From NCBI GenBank assembly GCA_010093605.1, contig MU004186.1:1592616-1656615 (forward strand): a stretch of DNA of 64,000 nt, written 5' to 3'. The DNA comes from Lophium mytilinum. Taxonomy: Eukaryota. The position numbers were made by a program, and so were the translations under genes. This document shows, one piece after another, positions 24,794 through 36,299 of this stretch; positions within the stretch are counted from its first letter, which is position 1, and each line of letters opens with the position of its first letter. The notes below the pieces were generated by a model, which had not been told where the DNA came from, ran no database searches, and saw only the letters and a program-made list of their open reading frames with translations.

Positions 24794-24943
24794 CTAGTAG
24801 ACATCGCAGTACTCGCAAATCTGATGGTTGCAGTTATTGCATCGAACCGCCTCCGGCTTGTTGACGTCCTCGCATTGGCAGCACTGCATACAGCTGTCGC
24901 TCTCACGCTCCGGAGTTGAAAGGTGCGGTGGAACGTAAGGCAT
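24794..24943 (-). CDS. Cys-rich micro-protein, array member 3 (49 aa; not in ORF track)
   Basis: Hand translation MPYVPPHLSTPERESDSCMQCCQCEDVNKPEAVRCNNCNHQICEYCDVY*; TTTATATAAA about 110 bp upstream. Confidence 0.8.
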   Translation of the reverse strand: MPYVPPHLSTPERESDSCMQCCQCEDVNKPEAVRCNNCNHQICEYCDVY

Positions 24944-25310
24944 GGCGATAGTTTGGTGAGTACCTCTGTGAAGTGTTTGTGTGACGGTAGTACCTAGCCT
25001 TGATGTATACTTGAAGTTAGATATGGATCTGAAGATAAGTGTAGGTTTGCTGATTTATATAAAGAGAAATGAAAAATGCCCGGGGGCTTTATAAGCTAGG
25101 AAACATAATCTGGGATGCGTTGTTCGGAGCATGCTGTCCAAGTACTGATCTGGTTTGCTGGCAATGGCACGTGGCACAAATCACTCACACCTCCGCAGAC
25201 CGTCGAGTGAACTAGTATATTCTTAACTCATTCGCCAGTATTCCCTCCCTTGCAATTCTGTAGATACCACTTTACTATAGTCGGTAGCGACTAGGACATC
25301 CCTCGCCGCA

Positions 25311-25463
25311 TTAACCTATATAGACACTACAGTACCGGCAAAGTTCATGGTTGCAATACGAGCACCAAACCGCGCCATCCATATTGACGTAGTCGCATTG
25401 GCAGCATTGGAGACACACGTTGCTCTGAAGCCTTTGAGCTGAAGAGGTAGTAAGTCTGGCCAT
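25311..25463 (-). CDS. Cys-rich micro-protein, array member 4 (50 aa; not in ORF track)
   Basis: Hand translation MARLTTSSAQRLQSNVCLQCCQCDYVNMDGAVWCSYCNHELCRYCSVYIG*. Confidence 0.8.
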   Translation of the reverse strand: MARLTTSSAQRLQSNVCLQCCQCDYVNMDGAVWCSYCNHELCRYCSVYIG

Positions 25464-25858
25464 GATGAGAGTTTCGAGATGTTATCGTTAGACTATGCTT
25501 GTTGCCGGGATTTCGGGAGCTTCGAAGTATAGTAGCGTTCGGCTTGATGCTGGGTTTTGATATGACTCCATGAAATGAGACTGATTTTCAGAATTAATGT
25601 ACAGAGGGAAAAGGAGAGTGCCGTGGAATGATTACAAACCAAGATCGTAAATCGAGTGACAGCTTAGTGTACTGTTGGCATTGCGTTGCTATGAACGTGT
25701 TCTGCAACTACTTTGGCAACTTTATGAGAATGATAGTTAGATGCTAGGTACATTGATACATGTCATTTAGGCTTTAGTGATTACTTATGACCCTCGCCGA
25801 CCGCTTCACCCCCACCTAGTCCATAGCCCCCCGTCTTATGGTGGTGAGCCTTGATACA

Positions 25859-26013
25859 TTAAAAAGGCTCACAGAATTCGCAAATCGGGGGGCCACAGTA
25901 ATGAAACATTCTTTGCAGAGTCCGACGTATTTGTCGCACTGACAGCAATGCTAACGTTCCTCGTCTTCGTGTCGTAACGAGTCAAGATTCGGAGTCGAGG
26001 AGAGCCTCGCCGT
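25859..26013 (-). pseudogene. Cys-rich micro-gene array member 5 (pseudogene)
   Basis: ACG in place of ATG, then ARLSSTPNLDSLRHEDEER*HCCQCDKYVGLCKECF / frameshift / YCGPPICEFCEPF*; length 155 nt is not a multiple of 3. Confidence 0.75.
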
Positions 26014-26466
26014 GGTGAGGATATCGAGGAACTGATGTATACGGTGCTTTTAGAGGAATTACGATTGATCTGGAGATAGGAGTGATTGACTTTGAGCTGA
26101 AGCTTGATGCAGAGGTTTGGCTTTTGATGTTATTAAGAATGAAGAAAAAAAAGAAAGACAGCAGAGACTTTTATGGACCTCGAAAAGCTGACGCGTACTA
26201 TGCTGCACCCGCCACCTCGTCTACTTCATAGGGCCCGCTGGCACATACACATGAATAAAGGCCCGATTCTGGCATAGAGACATGGAAACAACGGCCTTCA
26301 TAGCCAATCACATTGGCACCATCACGCTACACCAGCTTACACACCATCACAGAAGCAAATAGATTAAGCTTTTCCCCACTACCTATTGCCTCTAGTCACT
26401 TTCCGCTGCCTTCCCTACTCATGCTCAGTCTTACCCCTCCAAGCCTTCCCAGCGAGCTTGGACATC

Positions 26467-26679
26467 CTAGAGGGGGCGACATTGAAAGCAGATGAAATGG
26501 CGGCAACTAATACGATCGCAGCGCACCTCGTCAAATCGGTTATGCATGCCACATCGACAGCATTCAATCATTTGCTCCTCTTCAGATCCCGAGTAGTATC
26601 CCTCATCGTCATCGTAATCCTCATATTCTGGGCGACGTCGAAGTGGGCCCGGCCCTTGGGTGGAAGACAGGATAGCCAT
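26467..26679 (-). CDS. Cys-rich micro-protein, array member 6 (70 aa, acidic N-terminus)
   Basis: MAILSSTQGPG...DYDDDEGYYSGSEEEQMIECCRCGMHNRFDEVRCDRISCRHFICFQCRPL; TATAAAAG on the minus strand at about 26851-26858. Confidence 0.8.
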   Translation of the reverse strand: MAILSSTQGPGPLRRRPEYEDYDDDEGYYSGSEEEQMIECCRCGMHNRFDEVRCDRISCRHFICFQCRPL

Positions 26680-27275
26680 TATGAAGATGTTTTGATATCG
26701 TGATATGGGTTTTGTGATGCGGGAGATTCAAGGCTTTGGTGCTGACGATTTTTGAAAGTGGTTGATATTCTTGGTTTGAATTTTGATATAGGGTTATACT
26801 TGAGTGCAGAATGATAGATGTAGAGAGTAAGAAAAGAATGGGAAGAGGTTCTTTTATATCTAGAAAAGATGCTTCACCCTACGCTACGCCTGAGCTGTCT
26901 TCCAGTTTATCGAGTCTGCTGGCCATTGCACCGTGGTATGAGTGAAGTACTGAGAGGAGCGTCAGTCTCCAGCACTTGAGTGAATTTGCAGCAGCTTCAT
27001 TGTTGATAACGCCGTGGTGCGAGTACCCACCCTCTTCATCGTGTCCTTTAGCAAGGCTCCCGTGGTGCGAGTGAGACATCGAACGCATTGTCAGCACCCC
27101 TCCAATTCTTCACCCCATCAAATGAGCCACTCATGAACGTTGATTTTGGGGGTATTGATAGCTATTGAAAACACCCTTGGTAGATAGAGAGAAAGAGAGT
27201 CAATTTTCAGGTAACATCTCCCATCACCCTGCTATGATCACCCCTTTCCCACCCCCTACCCTCCACCGTCGGCAT

Positions 27276-27419
27276 TCAGAACTCATCATAGAAAGTCATG
27301 CAACCCTGACAAACCACATGCCCGCACTCACCGCATCGCTCTGGATCCGGTCCGCTCGCCCCGCCACACTGGCAGCAGTAAAAGAAGTCGTCGTAGGGCT
27401 TGAGGTGTAGGTGTAGCAT
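27276..27419 (-). CDS. Cys-rich micro-protein, array member 7 (47 aa)
   Basis: MLHLHLKPYDDFFYCCQCGGASGPDPERCGECGHVVCQGCMTFYDEF*; TATATATAAAA on the minus strand at about 27548-27558 supports the ATG at 27419 rather than the 168-aa ORF start. Confidence 0.8.
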   Translation of the reverse strand: MLHLHLKPYDDFFYCCQCGGASGPDPERCGECGHVVCQGCMTFYDEF

Positions 27420-28755
27420 TGCGGAGATCTGGACTCTCGAATAGTATGGTGGCTGAATTTTTTGCTGTGTTTCAACAATGGTTCCTGGTAGTGTAGTTGA
27501 GTGATGATTGGAAACTTTGAGTAAGGAAGAGACTCGGAGGGATGGGGGTTTATATATATGAGGAGAAAGACGTACTACGCTACGTTGTTCCTGAACAATG
27601 CGAGGTGGCGCGAACAATGTGCTTCGAGCAGTGCTGGGCGTTCGTGACTGGCGCATGTACAAACCTCCGCTTGGTAGGACTACGCACGGTAGAAGCGGAC
27701 TGGGAACACGTACCGCAAAACACGTACTAAAAGGCGACGGAAAGGGGCTCCAAAAGCACCTACCGTTCCCAGCATCAGCCAATCAATTGAGCACTTGGAA
27801 AGGCGACTGTACAAATCAAGTTTTCTTCTATTCAACCACTTAAGGTGACTTTTACAAGAAGTATCAAGCCCTAGGCTACATTCATCGCCTTTCTGACCGC
27901 CAACATCGACAAACCAGCCAGCTAGCCCGAAAGCCAGCAAACCCAGCTCGCATCCGTCGACAGCATCCATATTCCCCTGAGACCTACAAGCAGACCCAGA
28001 TGTAAACAATGACAGCCAGCAAGGCAGCCTCACAGCCAGCCCACCGCGCCATCCCCTCCACACAATTCCGTGAGAAATAAGTTAGCTAGCTAGCCCGAAA
28101 GCCGGCCTGCCAAACTCGAGTCCCAAACATCCGTAATACCCCCCCAAACAAACAAGAGGCGCCCCGCCCCAGATATGTGCCGCCCTCAGGCCAGGCAATG
28201 CATGAAAACAAAACTCCCAGCCAAATGCAAATCACAGGATATTACCGCCGTGCCGAACCGTCTGGTGATCTTGTTCCTCCGCGTTAAGTGCTTGTGATGT
28301 TGCCTGTGTCCACGGGTGTACTAAGCGGCCTCCAGCTAAGTTTCAGAGATGGAGAGCCGCAGAACATCGAATCCAGAAAGTACCAGCCAGTATGAGCAAA
28401 ACAAAAGAAAAGGAAACAGCACGGTATACCGACCGCGGTAGGAAAGACCAGGAGACCGCCATCGATGCTTTTTTGTATATTCGCCAGGACCAGAAAGCCT
28501 CCCGGTGCCAGTCGTGGGGTGCGAGATTCAGAGCGGAGGCCTGGGCCATCTGTATGCAGTTGTCGACGTCGGGAGTCGAATTATGAACAAGGAGAAGGAA
28601 AAGTCCGCTCGAGCGCCGTTTATGCGTTGTTGTCGTCATCGTTTTTACAAAGGCGCCGAAGGACAGGGTATCATGGGAAAATGGACAATAGAGCTCAACT
28701 CGCTGCGCAATTGCTGTTTCTTGAGAGAGCGATCCAGGGAAGTCGTCGGAGAGTT

Positions 28756-30939
28756 TCAGGGGCCATCGGCATCGGTAGCGTCGGTCATGGTAACATCTAC
28801 CTCTGCTTCCGATCGGGAATCACGAGCGGAAATAATTGGTGGCGGCGGAGGAGGTTGTCCTCGCGGCCAGGCTGGCTCAGCGTTTGGAGAAAACGACCAC
28901 ACCTGTGCATTTTAGTCAGCAACCGTAAACCAACCTCGACGACGACAGTCCTTTCAGCTGAACGTGTGAGGGATATTCACTCACCTCCATAATGGTACGG
29001 CCCCCTCGGCTGGCCATGACAACGGCCTTCTCCTCCTCGAATACGACCCGCCAGACAGCCTCAGCCGGCGAGCCAAGCTCCCGCACCAGCAGGCCAGTCT
29101 TGAGGTCCCATACTTTGACGCGTCCGTCGCTGCCGCCACTCACGATACGAGTATGGTCAAACTGCAGGCTTGTGACGCTATTGTCGTGTGCTGCGAGACG
29201 ATGGATTGGCTGATTGTCGGCCAGCGACCAAACTCGCACCGAGCCGTCAGAACCACCAGTGACCAGCACGTCCTCCCGCATCTGCAATTGACCAACGAGA
29301 GAAGTATGACCTTGCAAGACAGCAAGGTTTCGCCTACCAATTACATTAGTACTAATACGCGTTGAGTTCAATAGGCATGCTTACCCATCGGTAGGGTCCC
29401 AAATACGGACACTCGTGTCAAGACTACCGGTGGCAATCTTCTTGCCGTCAAATGCAATTGCGTAGATCTGGCTGAAATGACCAGTCAACGTACGAAGGCA
29501 TCGGCCTTCCGAAATGGACCAGATACGGGCGGTGGTATCATAGCTGCCGGACACAACAAGATCCCCGTGGATGTCTAGGCACCGGACGCTGGCTTGATGA
29601 CCAACTAAAACATGCTTGCATATACCCTTCTTCAGATCCCAGATACGCAGCGTGGTGTCTCTAGAACCAGAGATTGCTGTATCGGCATCTGACATCTTGA
29701 GACATCTGACTGTTGAGGTATGACCCCTGAGGACGTGAACAGCCGTCCTGTCTAACCGTAAGTAGGGTACACCAAACATGGAATCTGAATAAGGAAGTTT
29801 TGGGGATTCAACACACCCGGAGTTAAGATTCCAGACGCGCACATCGCGGTCACAACCGCCGCTCACCAGGAGATCGCCCCAAGGGACCATCGCCCAGACA
29901 CCCATCACGTGGCCTGTGAGAGTCTTGAGATGGTTCCCAAGAACGTCGAACACATGGATCTTGGCATTGTCCAGGGCGACAATGATATACTTCATCGTTA
30001 GATGGAGGCTGGTAACCACCCCTTGATCCGGTGTGATTTGGCGGGAGTCGCAATGACCCCCTGAGCGCCAGGCGGTCTCCACCATATATCGCTGCTTGAA
30101 GAAAGACTGGTAGTCCTCTACACCTTCCGGCCATACGTCTTTCAAGAATTTGACAGCTTCGTCGGGATTCATGGTCTCCTGGCAACCGTTGACTTGCAGC
30201 TCTGCCTTATGGAATTGTTCGCATCGTTTTTGAGCGGACAGTCCGAGGAACTTCTTGCTGATGGTCTCATATCCGTATTTCTCGCACAGTGACTTCCAGG
30301 CCATGTCATCATCGACCATAGCGTTCCAACGCTTGGAAACTTGCGAGGCGCGGGTGAGGGTTGCGGGGTCATCGAAATGTTCCAGAACCTGTTGCAAAAG
30401 TCAGAAGAGTCATCCATATAATTCGGATTTCCACTTACGCGAAGGATCAACTCGTCGGGGAGGACCATCATAGGGTCTTTTTGCAGTCTCGGAGTTACGA
30501 AGTCCTTGACGAAACTCAGCAAGTTGGTGTCGCACATGTTGAGAACTTCGCCTAACAGGCGCTTTCGTTCGTCTGTGCTAAGATCCTTGAACAGAGTACG
30601 GATCGCTCTGAATTGGGGATCCTCATACTCCTTGGCTTGGCTCCAATCAAGGTCTTGTTGGGTCGGCGAGGGACTGGGTGCTGGGGTCGGAGGCGACGCT
30701 GGCGCGGATGGCAAAAGACTATGCGGTATGGAAGAAGAGAGAGGGCTTGTCGGCGTATGGATTGAGCGTGGTGCAGTGCGCGACATCATGCTGCGCTTTC
30801 GAGTGCGGGTTGTCGGGGATGGAAAGAGGGTGGAAGGTCCTGTCAGGGCGACCGGCGAGATCATGGCTCCGTCCATGTCAGCCTCAAGATCAGGGCTGTT
30901 GCGTCCACCCTCTGATAGTCTAGGAAAGTCTCCTTCCAT
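28756..30939 (-). CDS. F-box/WD40-repeat protein (Cdc4/Fbw7-like SCF substrate adaptor); multi-exon
   Basis: D-domain and F-box (LQKDPMMVLPDELILR|VLEHFDDP..ASQVSKRW) followed by about 7 WD40 repeats (GH..VW..SGGCDRDVRVW, SGSRDTTLRIW, SGSYDTTARIW); last exon ends ...DADGP* at 28756; start uncertain. Confidence 0.9.
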
Positions 30940-33900
30940 GATGTCGATCGAAGCGAAGAGATGTGGTGTTGTAGACGCTGAGGGGGCTCGAGGCAGTGTT
31001 GCTGCTCTCGCCCGTCACCGCGGTGTTGTATGGTTTGCAACAAGCCGAGTGCGACCGCAGGGCATTCGAGCCGACTAGGCCGTCTCAAGAGGAAGCACAA
31101 GGACCGTGTTCGGGGAGGATGCAGTCGAGGGCTAGTGTTTCGAATGGGGGAGGGTGTGAGGTCGAAGGCACAGGAGCCCGCGACAGGGCCTTAAGCGCGC
31201 TGGGGAGCACGGCGCTTGCAGAGACCAAAGCACGCCCGACAGACGAAACGAAGAGCACGGAGCCAGCAAGAGGCTGCCGGCGAGAATGTCGAGGGCGGAT
31301 TGGATTGGTAAGTGATCGAGCCGTGAGGGAGGTTGCGTCGGTGGATGATGTCGAAGCGGCCGTCCAAGAATTGGATTATGGCGCGCAGCAAGCGGATGAC
31401 CCAGGGAACGCTTCGTTCACGCCAGCGGCAGTAGGTACCCCCTCGCGGCCCTGCGCAGGATGATGGGAGATCGGGACGGTCCGAGTGCACGCCGTGTTTG
31501 AGAGGACCAGACGCCTGCTCCTGCTGCTGCTGAGTTCTTCGTCTTCCAAGGGCTGTGACTCCAGCGCCCAGCGTGCCTGAACATCTGCCGCCAGGGGCCC
31601 GTCAGCTGCCCGCAACACTCACTCCCTTCTGACCGCCTCGTTTTGGAGTCTTTGGCGCCCTTGGACATCGGCGCCAAAACCTGAAATATAGTGCCAGACC
31701 GGCGCCTCCAACGAGGTCGACGACCCATTCTACAGACAGCAGGCACTACCGGCCCCTCCCGAGAACCGCCCGCGTCTCCACGACCAAGCTGCGGGTGGCA
31801 ACCGGGATAGGGTGATGCTATATACGCTTCTATTGGATCCGAGTGCCTTTGAAGCACAGTAGTTATCTATTGGCAGGCTAACTATCGCCCCCATATCACC
31901 GCTGCTCTGGACGGCTGATATAAGAGAATCTCAGAGCAATCATCCGACAGGCACGTCCCTTGATAATATCAAGCCATGAAGTTAACATCCGCAGTGGGCA
32001 TACTCGCTAGGATCCGGCGATAGTAGAAGCATGCAGACCACTTTCGGTGTTTTCCGATTTCTCAGCATCCCCACTACAGCCGCACCATCGTTATGCCGCC
32101 GTAGTCGGAAATAGTACTGCATGCTACATCCCTCTAGACCCACTAACGCTGAAGAGCGCTTGTTTATGGAAATCCCTACGAAAATATCTACTTAGAGTAT
32201 CGCAAGGACGCACCAGAAATTGTCGCCTAGAAATCGTGCCTCCAGCAACCCTACTTCTGCCTGAAAAGCTCAAATCAGCCCGACGCTGAACAGTATAACT
32301 GCCAAAGCTGCTGTGTGTTTTGGTGGTTACTCTGTATCGCTCTCGGAAACCCCTCCTTGAATGCTGACACCGCTGAGGCTCGAGGAGCCACCCCCGTCAA
32401 TTTGACCTGCGCACAGGAAACGTACAATTGAAGATTTATTACCAGGTACACGCTATGATCAGCCAGCGACTATGCGCAAAAGCTAGTCTCTCGCTGCAAG
32501 ACACGAGGATATGGTAATGGTGTAGCCCTTGCCAAGATCTCAGTCTTTGTTTTATCAGAAACGAGAAACTGGGAGGCTGTTGGCTTACGCTCTAGATCAC
32601 AGGTACCACCAATATTTCCTTGTCAGCGCTTGTTGAGACGTTAGTCTCGTGGTACTCACGGGAAGGTCGGCTCAATGCCCTTTCTTTCAAGTCATAGGGT
32701 GCTACCGTCGGCAGCGGTTGCATCGGAGACTTTGGTATCATTGCTACGCTTGTCAGTCCTGTGGCTTGAATGCACTTGAGTTAAAGCTCGCACAATGAGA
32801 TTTGCCTTGGAATACCGACTTTGCGAGATTCTGAGAATTAGCTGCCGGCCCTCACTGCCCACGACAGATGTCACAGAGGAGCCTGTGGTAAAAGCGACTT
32901 TAGCAGTCCCATTACTGCAGTCTCTCACGTTGCAAAGCAGGTCAGAAGACGGGAAGTCTGCGTCTGGGTCAGCAAGAGTAGTCGAGGCCCTGATTACGTG
33001 CCCCCGTTCGGGCTATGGGAGTTCAGGCGATCACGAATAGTGGCCATAGCTAAGTTAGACAAAAATACATGCAGTGGCTATGAAGGCGGTTGGTCCCTTT
33101 GTAATAAGTACTTCGTTTCTGAGGTATGCGCAAATAATTCGGCAAAGAGTGAGAACGAACTTTGAAAGGTTGTTCTATTCACTATTTATTTGCATACATT
33201 GAGGGCTAACGGACCACTCCTGCTTTGAGTATCTATGCGGTATGAGCTAGAGTAAAAGAAAACCTCTCACCATTTCTAGCCCTCCTCTTCGCACATGGCA
33301 CCACGCGTATGCCACAGACCGGAGAATATAAATGAGGAGCACAACGAGCTAGCCATATGGTTGGGGTATGTTAATATCCATGCAATAATCTAGAAGTATC
33401 AAGGATATGGATCGGCGTTGTTTGCAACATTTACCGTGTGGTAATACACGATTTGTTTGAGATGGTCGGATGACACCATCAGATAGATTAATTTTATCGG
33501 CATCCGTCCGTGCCATCCCCACCTAAAGCTTTGTCCTCCTAGCATAGTCACTTGTGTCTTGTGAGAAGGGATTGTCGTTTGATGTTAATATAGTACAGTG
33601 GAAGTGAACTGGAGATTCTTTGATACTCTTTCATAGTGAAAGAACGCCATTGTCGACTCATCCCTAGACAGCCCTTCTCATCAAAGAGCTTCGCGATAGG
33701 TAAGAGAATGATAGAGGCGTAATTACAATCATCGAGAGGTGGTGATGATGGCTTGGTGTTGAGTCAAAGTCGCAAGCTAGTCAGGGGTAATGATGCGGGC
33801 ACGCGGGGTGGGAATAACCGTTATTTTACGGCATACTATAGCCACATAAGAGATGAGAAGTTACGAAGGATTTGGAGTACGCCGTATCTCATCACGCAAT

Positions 33901-34049
33901 GCGCGCTAGCTGCTCTAGGACGCGTGAAGTGCTTTTACCTATACACGATTATTAACCTTCGGCATGGCGTCACCATTGCCGGGCAGGGTGTCTCTTGCCT
34001 CTGTCACTCCTCTTGGATGCTCCGGCATCTCTCATTCTCAATTTCCACC

Positions 34050-35697
34050 ATGAATACCTCGCGGAGTGTCGCCGTCGCGACGCGATATGCCCTCGGGACC
34101 CTAACCAAGCCTCTGTCCAAGCCATCCCGCGTCGCCCCTCCACCAAAGGCAGTGCGATGGCAATCCTCACAAGCCTCCAGAAAAATACACCAACAAACCA
34201 CTCGGAATGCTCAAGCAGCTGAGGCACTGGCTGCCGAGCCCCAACCCTACGCCTCAACGAATCCCGCTCTTGCGTTTCCCTGTCTCGATGCCGTAGAATC
34301 GAGGTCCGCCTCACTATCACGCCGCTCCTTATCCGGACCTGAGCCTGAGTACACTACCGGGAACCACCTCAACTTTCACTCGCGAGAACCTCTTCTGCTG
34401 GACTGGGGAGGGATATTACCAGAATTCAACATCGCATACGAAACCTGGGGCACACTGAACAAGGACAAAAGCAATGCCATTTTGCTTCACACCGGACTTT
34501 CCGCTTCAAGTCATGCCCACAGCACGGATATAAACCCGCAGCCAGGATGGTGGGAGAAGTTTATTGGGCCGGGATGCCCTCTGGATACCGATAAATACTT
34601 CGTTATCTGTACGAATGTAGTGGGTGGATGCTATGGCTCGACTGGTCCCTCGTCCAAAGATCCAGCAAACGGGGAACGCTATGCAACCAGATTCCCGATC
34701 CTGACCATGGAGGACATGGTTCGCGCCCAATTTAGACTGCTGGATAATTTGCGTATTGAGAAGCTTTACGCTAGCGTAGGATCGAGCATGGGTGGCATGC
34801 AGAGCCTTGCAGCCGGTGTACTATTTTCTGAGAGGGTAGGGCGCGTGGTCAGCATCAGTGGATGCGCTCGTAGCCACCCGTATAGCATTGCCATGCGACA
34901 CACTCAGCGCCAGGGTAAGTCATATCATCAAATCGTCATTATCAGTGCTAACCTTTGTTGCAGTGCTCATGATGGATCCGAACTGGTCTCGCGGTTTCTA
35001 CTACGATGGAATACCGCCACATGGGGGCATGAAATTGGCACGCGAAATTGCCACAGTGACATATCGAAGTGGTCCCGAATGGGAACAGCGATTCGGCCGT
35101 CGACGTGCCGATCCATCTAAGCCTCCTGCGTTGTGCCCGGACTTCCTCATTGAAACATACCTCGACCATGCCGGCGAGAAATGGTGCCTCCAATATGATC
35201 CTAACAGCCTCCTCTACGTGTCTAAAGCCATGGATCTATTCGACTTGGGACAAGAACACAGAACACGCATCAACAAGCTAAGAGCCGACAACGAATTTAG
35301 AATTTCTGCTTTTGAGGCTGGCGAAAGCGTCCCTAGCGCCTCCAATGGAGATGTGTGCACTCTCACGCTTCCAGATCAGCCGTATGAGGAGCAGGAGGGA
35401 AGCTCCTCTACCGGTGTGGATGAGCCCGTTACCGTACTCGACTCCCACAAGCCACCGAAGGACCTCATAGCCGGCTTGAGACCGCTTGCTAATACCCCAA
35501 CCTTGGTTCTGGGTGTTGCTAGCGATATTCTCTTTCCAGCCTGGCAGCAGCGAGAAATTGCAACAACACTCAGGCGTGCGGGAAATAGGAATGTCACCCA
35601 CATGGAACTCGGCGAAGAGAAGAGTCTGTTCGGCCACGACACGTTTCTCCTTGACCTGGAAAATGTCGGTGGGAGCGTCAAAGAGTTTCTGGGGTGA
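34050..35697 (+). CDS. cys2: serine O-succinyl/acetyltransferase of the homoserine acyltransferase family (Cys2/CysA), mitochondrial; 2 exons
   Basis: [30 protein letters not shown] nucleophile, [16 protein letters not shown]; presequence-like N-terminus; intron about 34916-34963. Confidence 0.88.
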
Positions 35698-35890
35698 GCT
35701 GGGTTTTCAGGTCTGCATCTAGTCTGGATTGTAGCGTACATGCATCCGTCGGCGTTCGAAGAGTCTGTAAAAAGGGGTCGGGGCGCTCTTCACCAGTTTG
35801 GTTCGTCTTCGTGCTTCTAGCCCCATATCAAATATCACGTTTCGCATCAACCCTCTGAACGGACACCATTGACGAGTACTTCGGCGAGCT

Positions 35891-36299
35891 GAGCACGCCA
35901 TGCAAGAAAAAAGTGGCACTGTCTGAGGTGGCCCGATGAGCTATCAGGCTTGCCAAGCTGGTATTTTGTGAATATCATAGCACACTGGAGGACCTCATGC
36001 ATTGCTAAACAAGCGTACGCAAGCACGGAAATAGTAGGTATGCTTAATGTACGTGTGGACTGTCAGTTCCTAATGTCAATTTTCAGTGTCAATCTCTAAG
36101 GCCACTCATTCACCACGCCGTCTCATGGCTGCACCTGTCTGCCACTGCTTGGAGTGCTTTTACAAGTTTCCACATCGCCCAAAGCTAGGAGCTTCTATGT
36201 CTTTTGCATTCTTGAAAATGCATTGAAGCACCACAAGCAGCGGCAGACAGGCGTACGCGAAGGAGATTGGAGTGCCACTTCTTCATGGCCCGCGTGTTG
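35891..36299. mobile_element. about 410-bp MITE-like element, family A
   Basis: Imperfect terminal inverted repeats GAGCACGC..AAAAAAGTGGCACT / AGTGCCACTTCTT..GCGTGTTG; contains an inverted copy of 20604-20745 and a copy of the 21094-21200 hairpin (36136-36249). Confidence 0.65.

Noticed and set aside
23400..27419. Array members as secreted Cys-rich effectors, hydrophobins or exons of one protein
   Set aside because: No hydrophobic signal peptides, CxxC/His spacing is metal-finger-like, and each unit has its own start context and stop codon
27420..27782. N-terminal extension of the 168-aa ORF
   Set aside because: Runs through a TATA box and leader-like sequence; the family pattern supports the ATG at 27419
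31000..33900. Short ORFs between the F-box gene and cys2
   Set aside because: No recognisable domain or consistent exon chain; treated as divergent promoter/UTR sequence, though a decayed gene near 32.3-33.0 kb cannot be excluded
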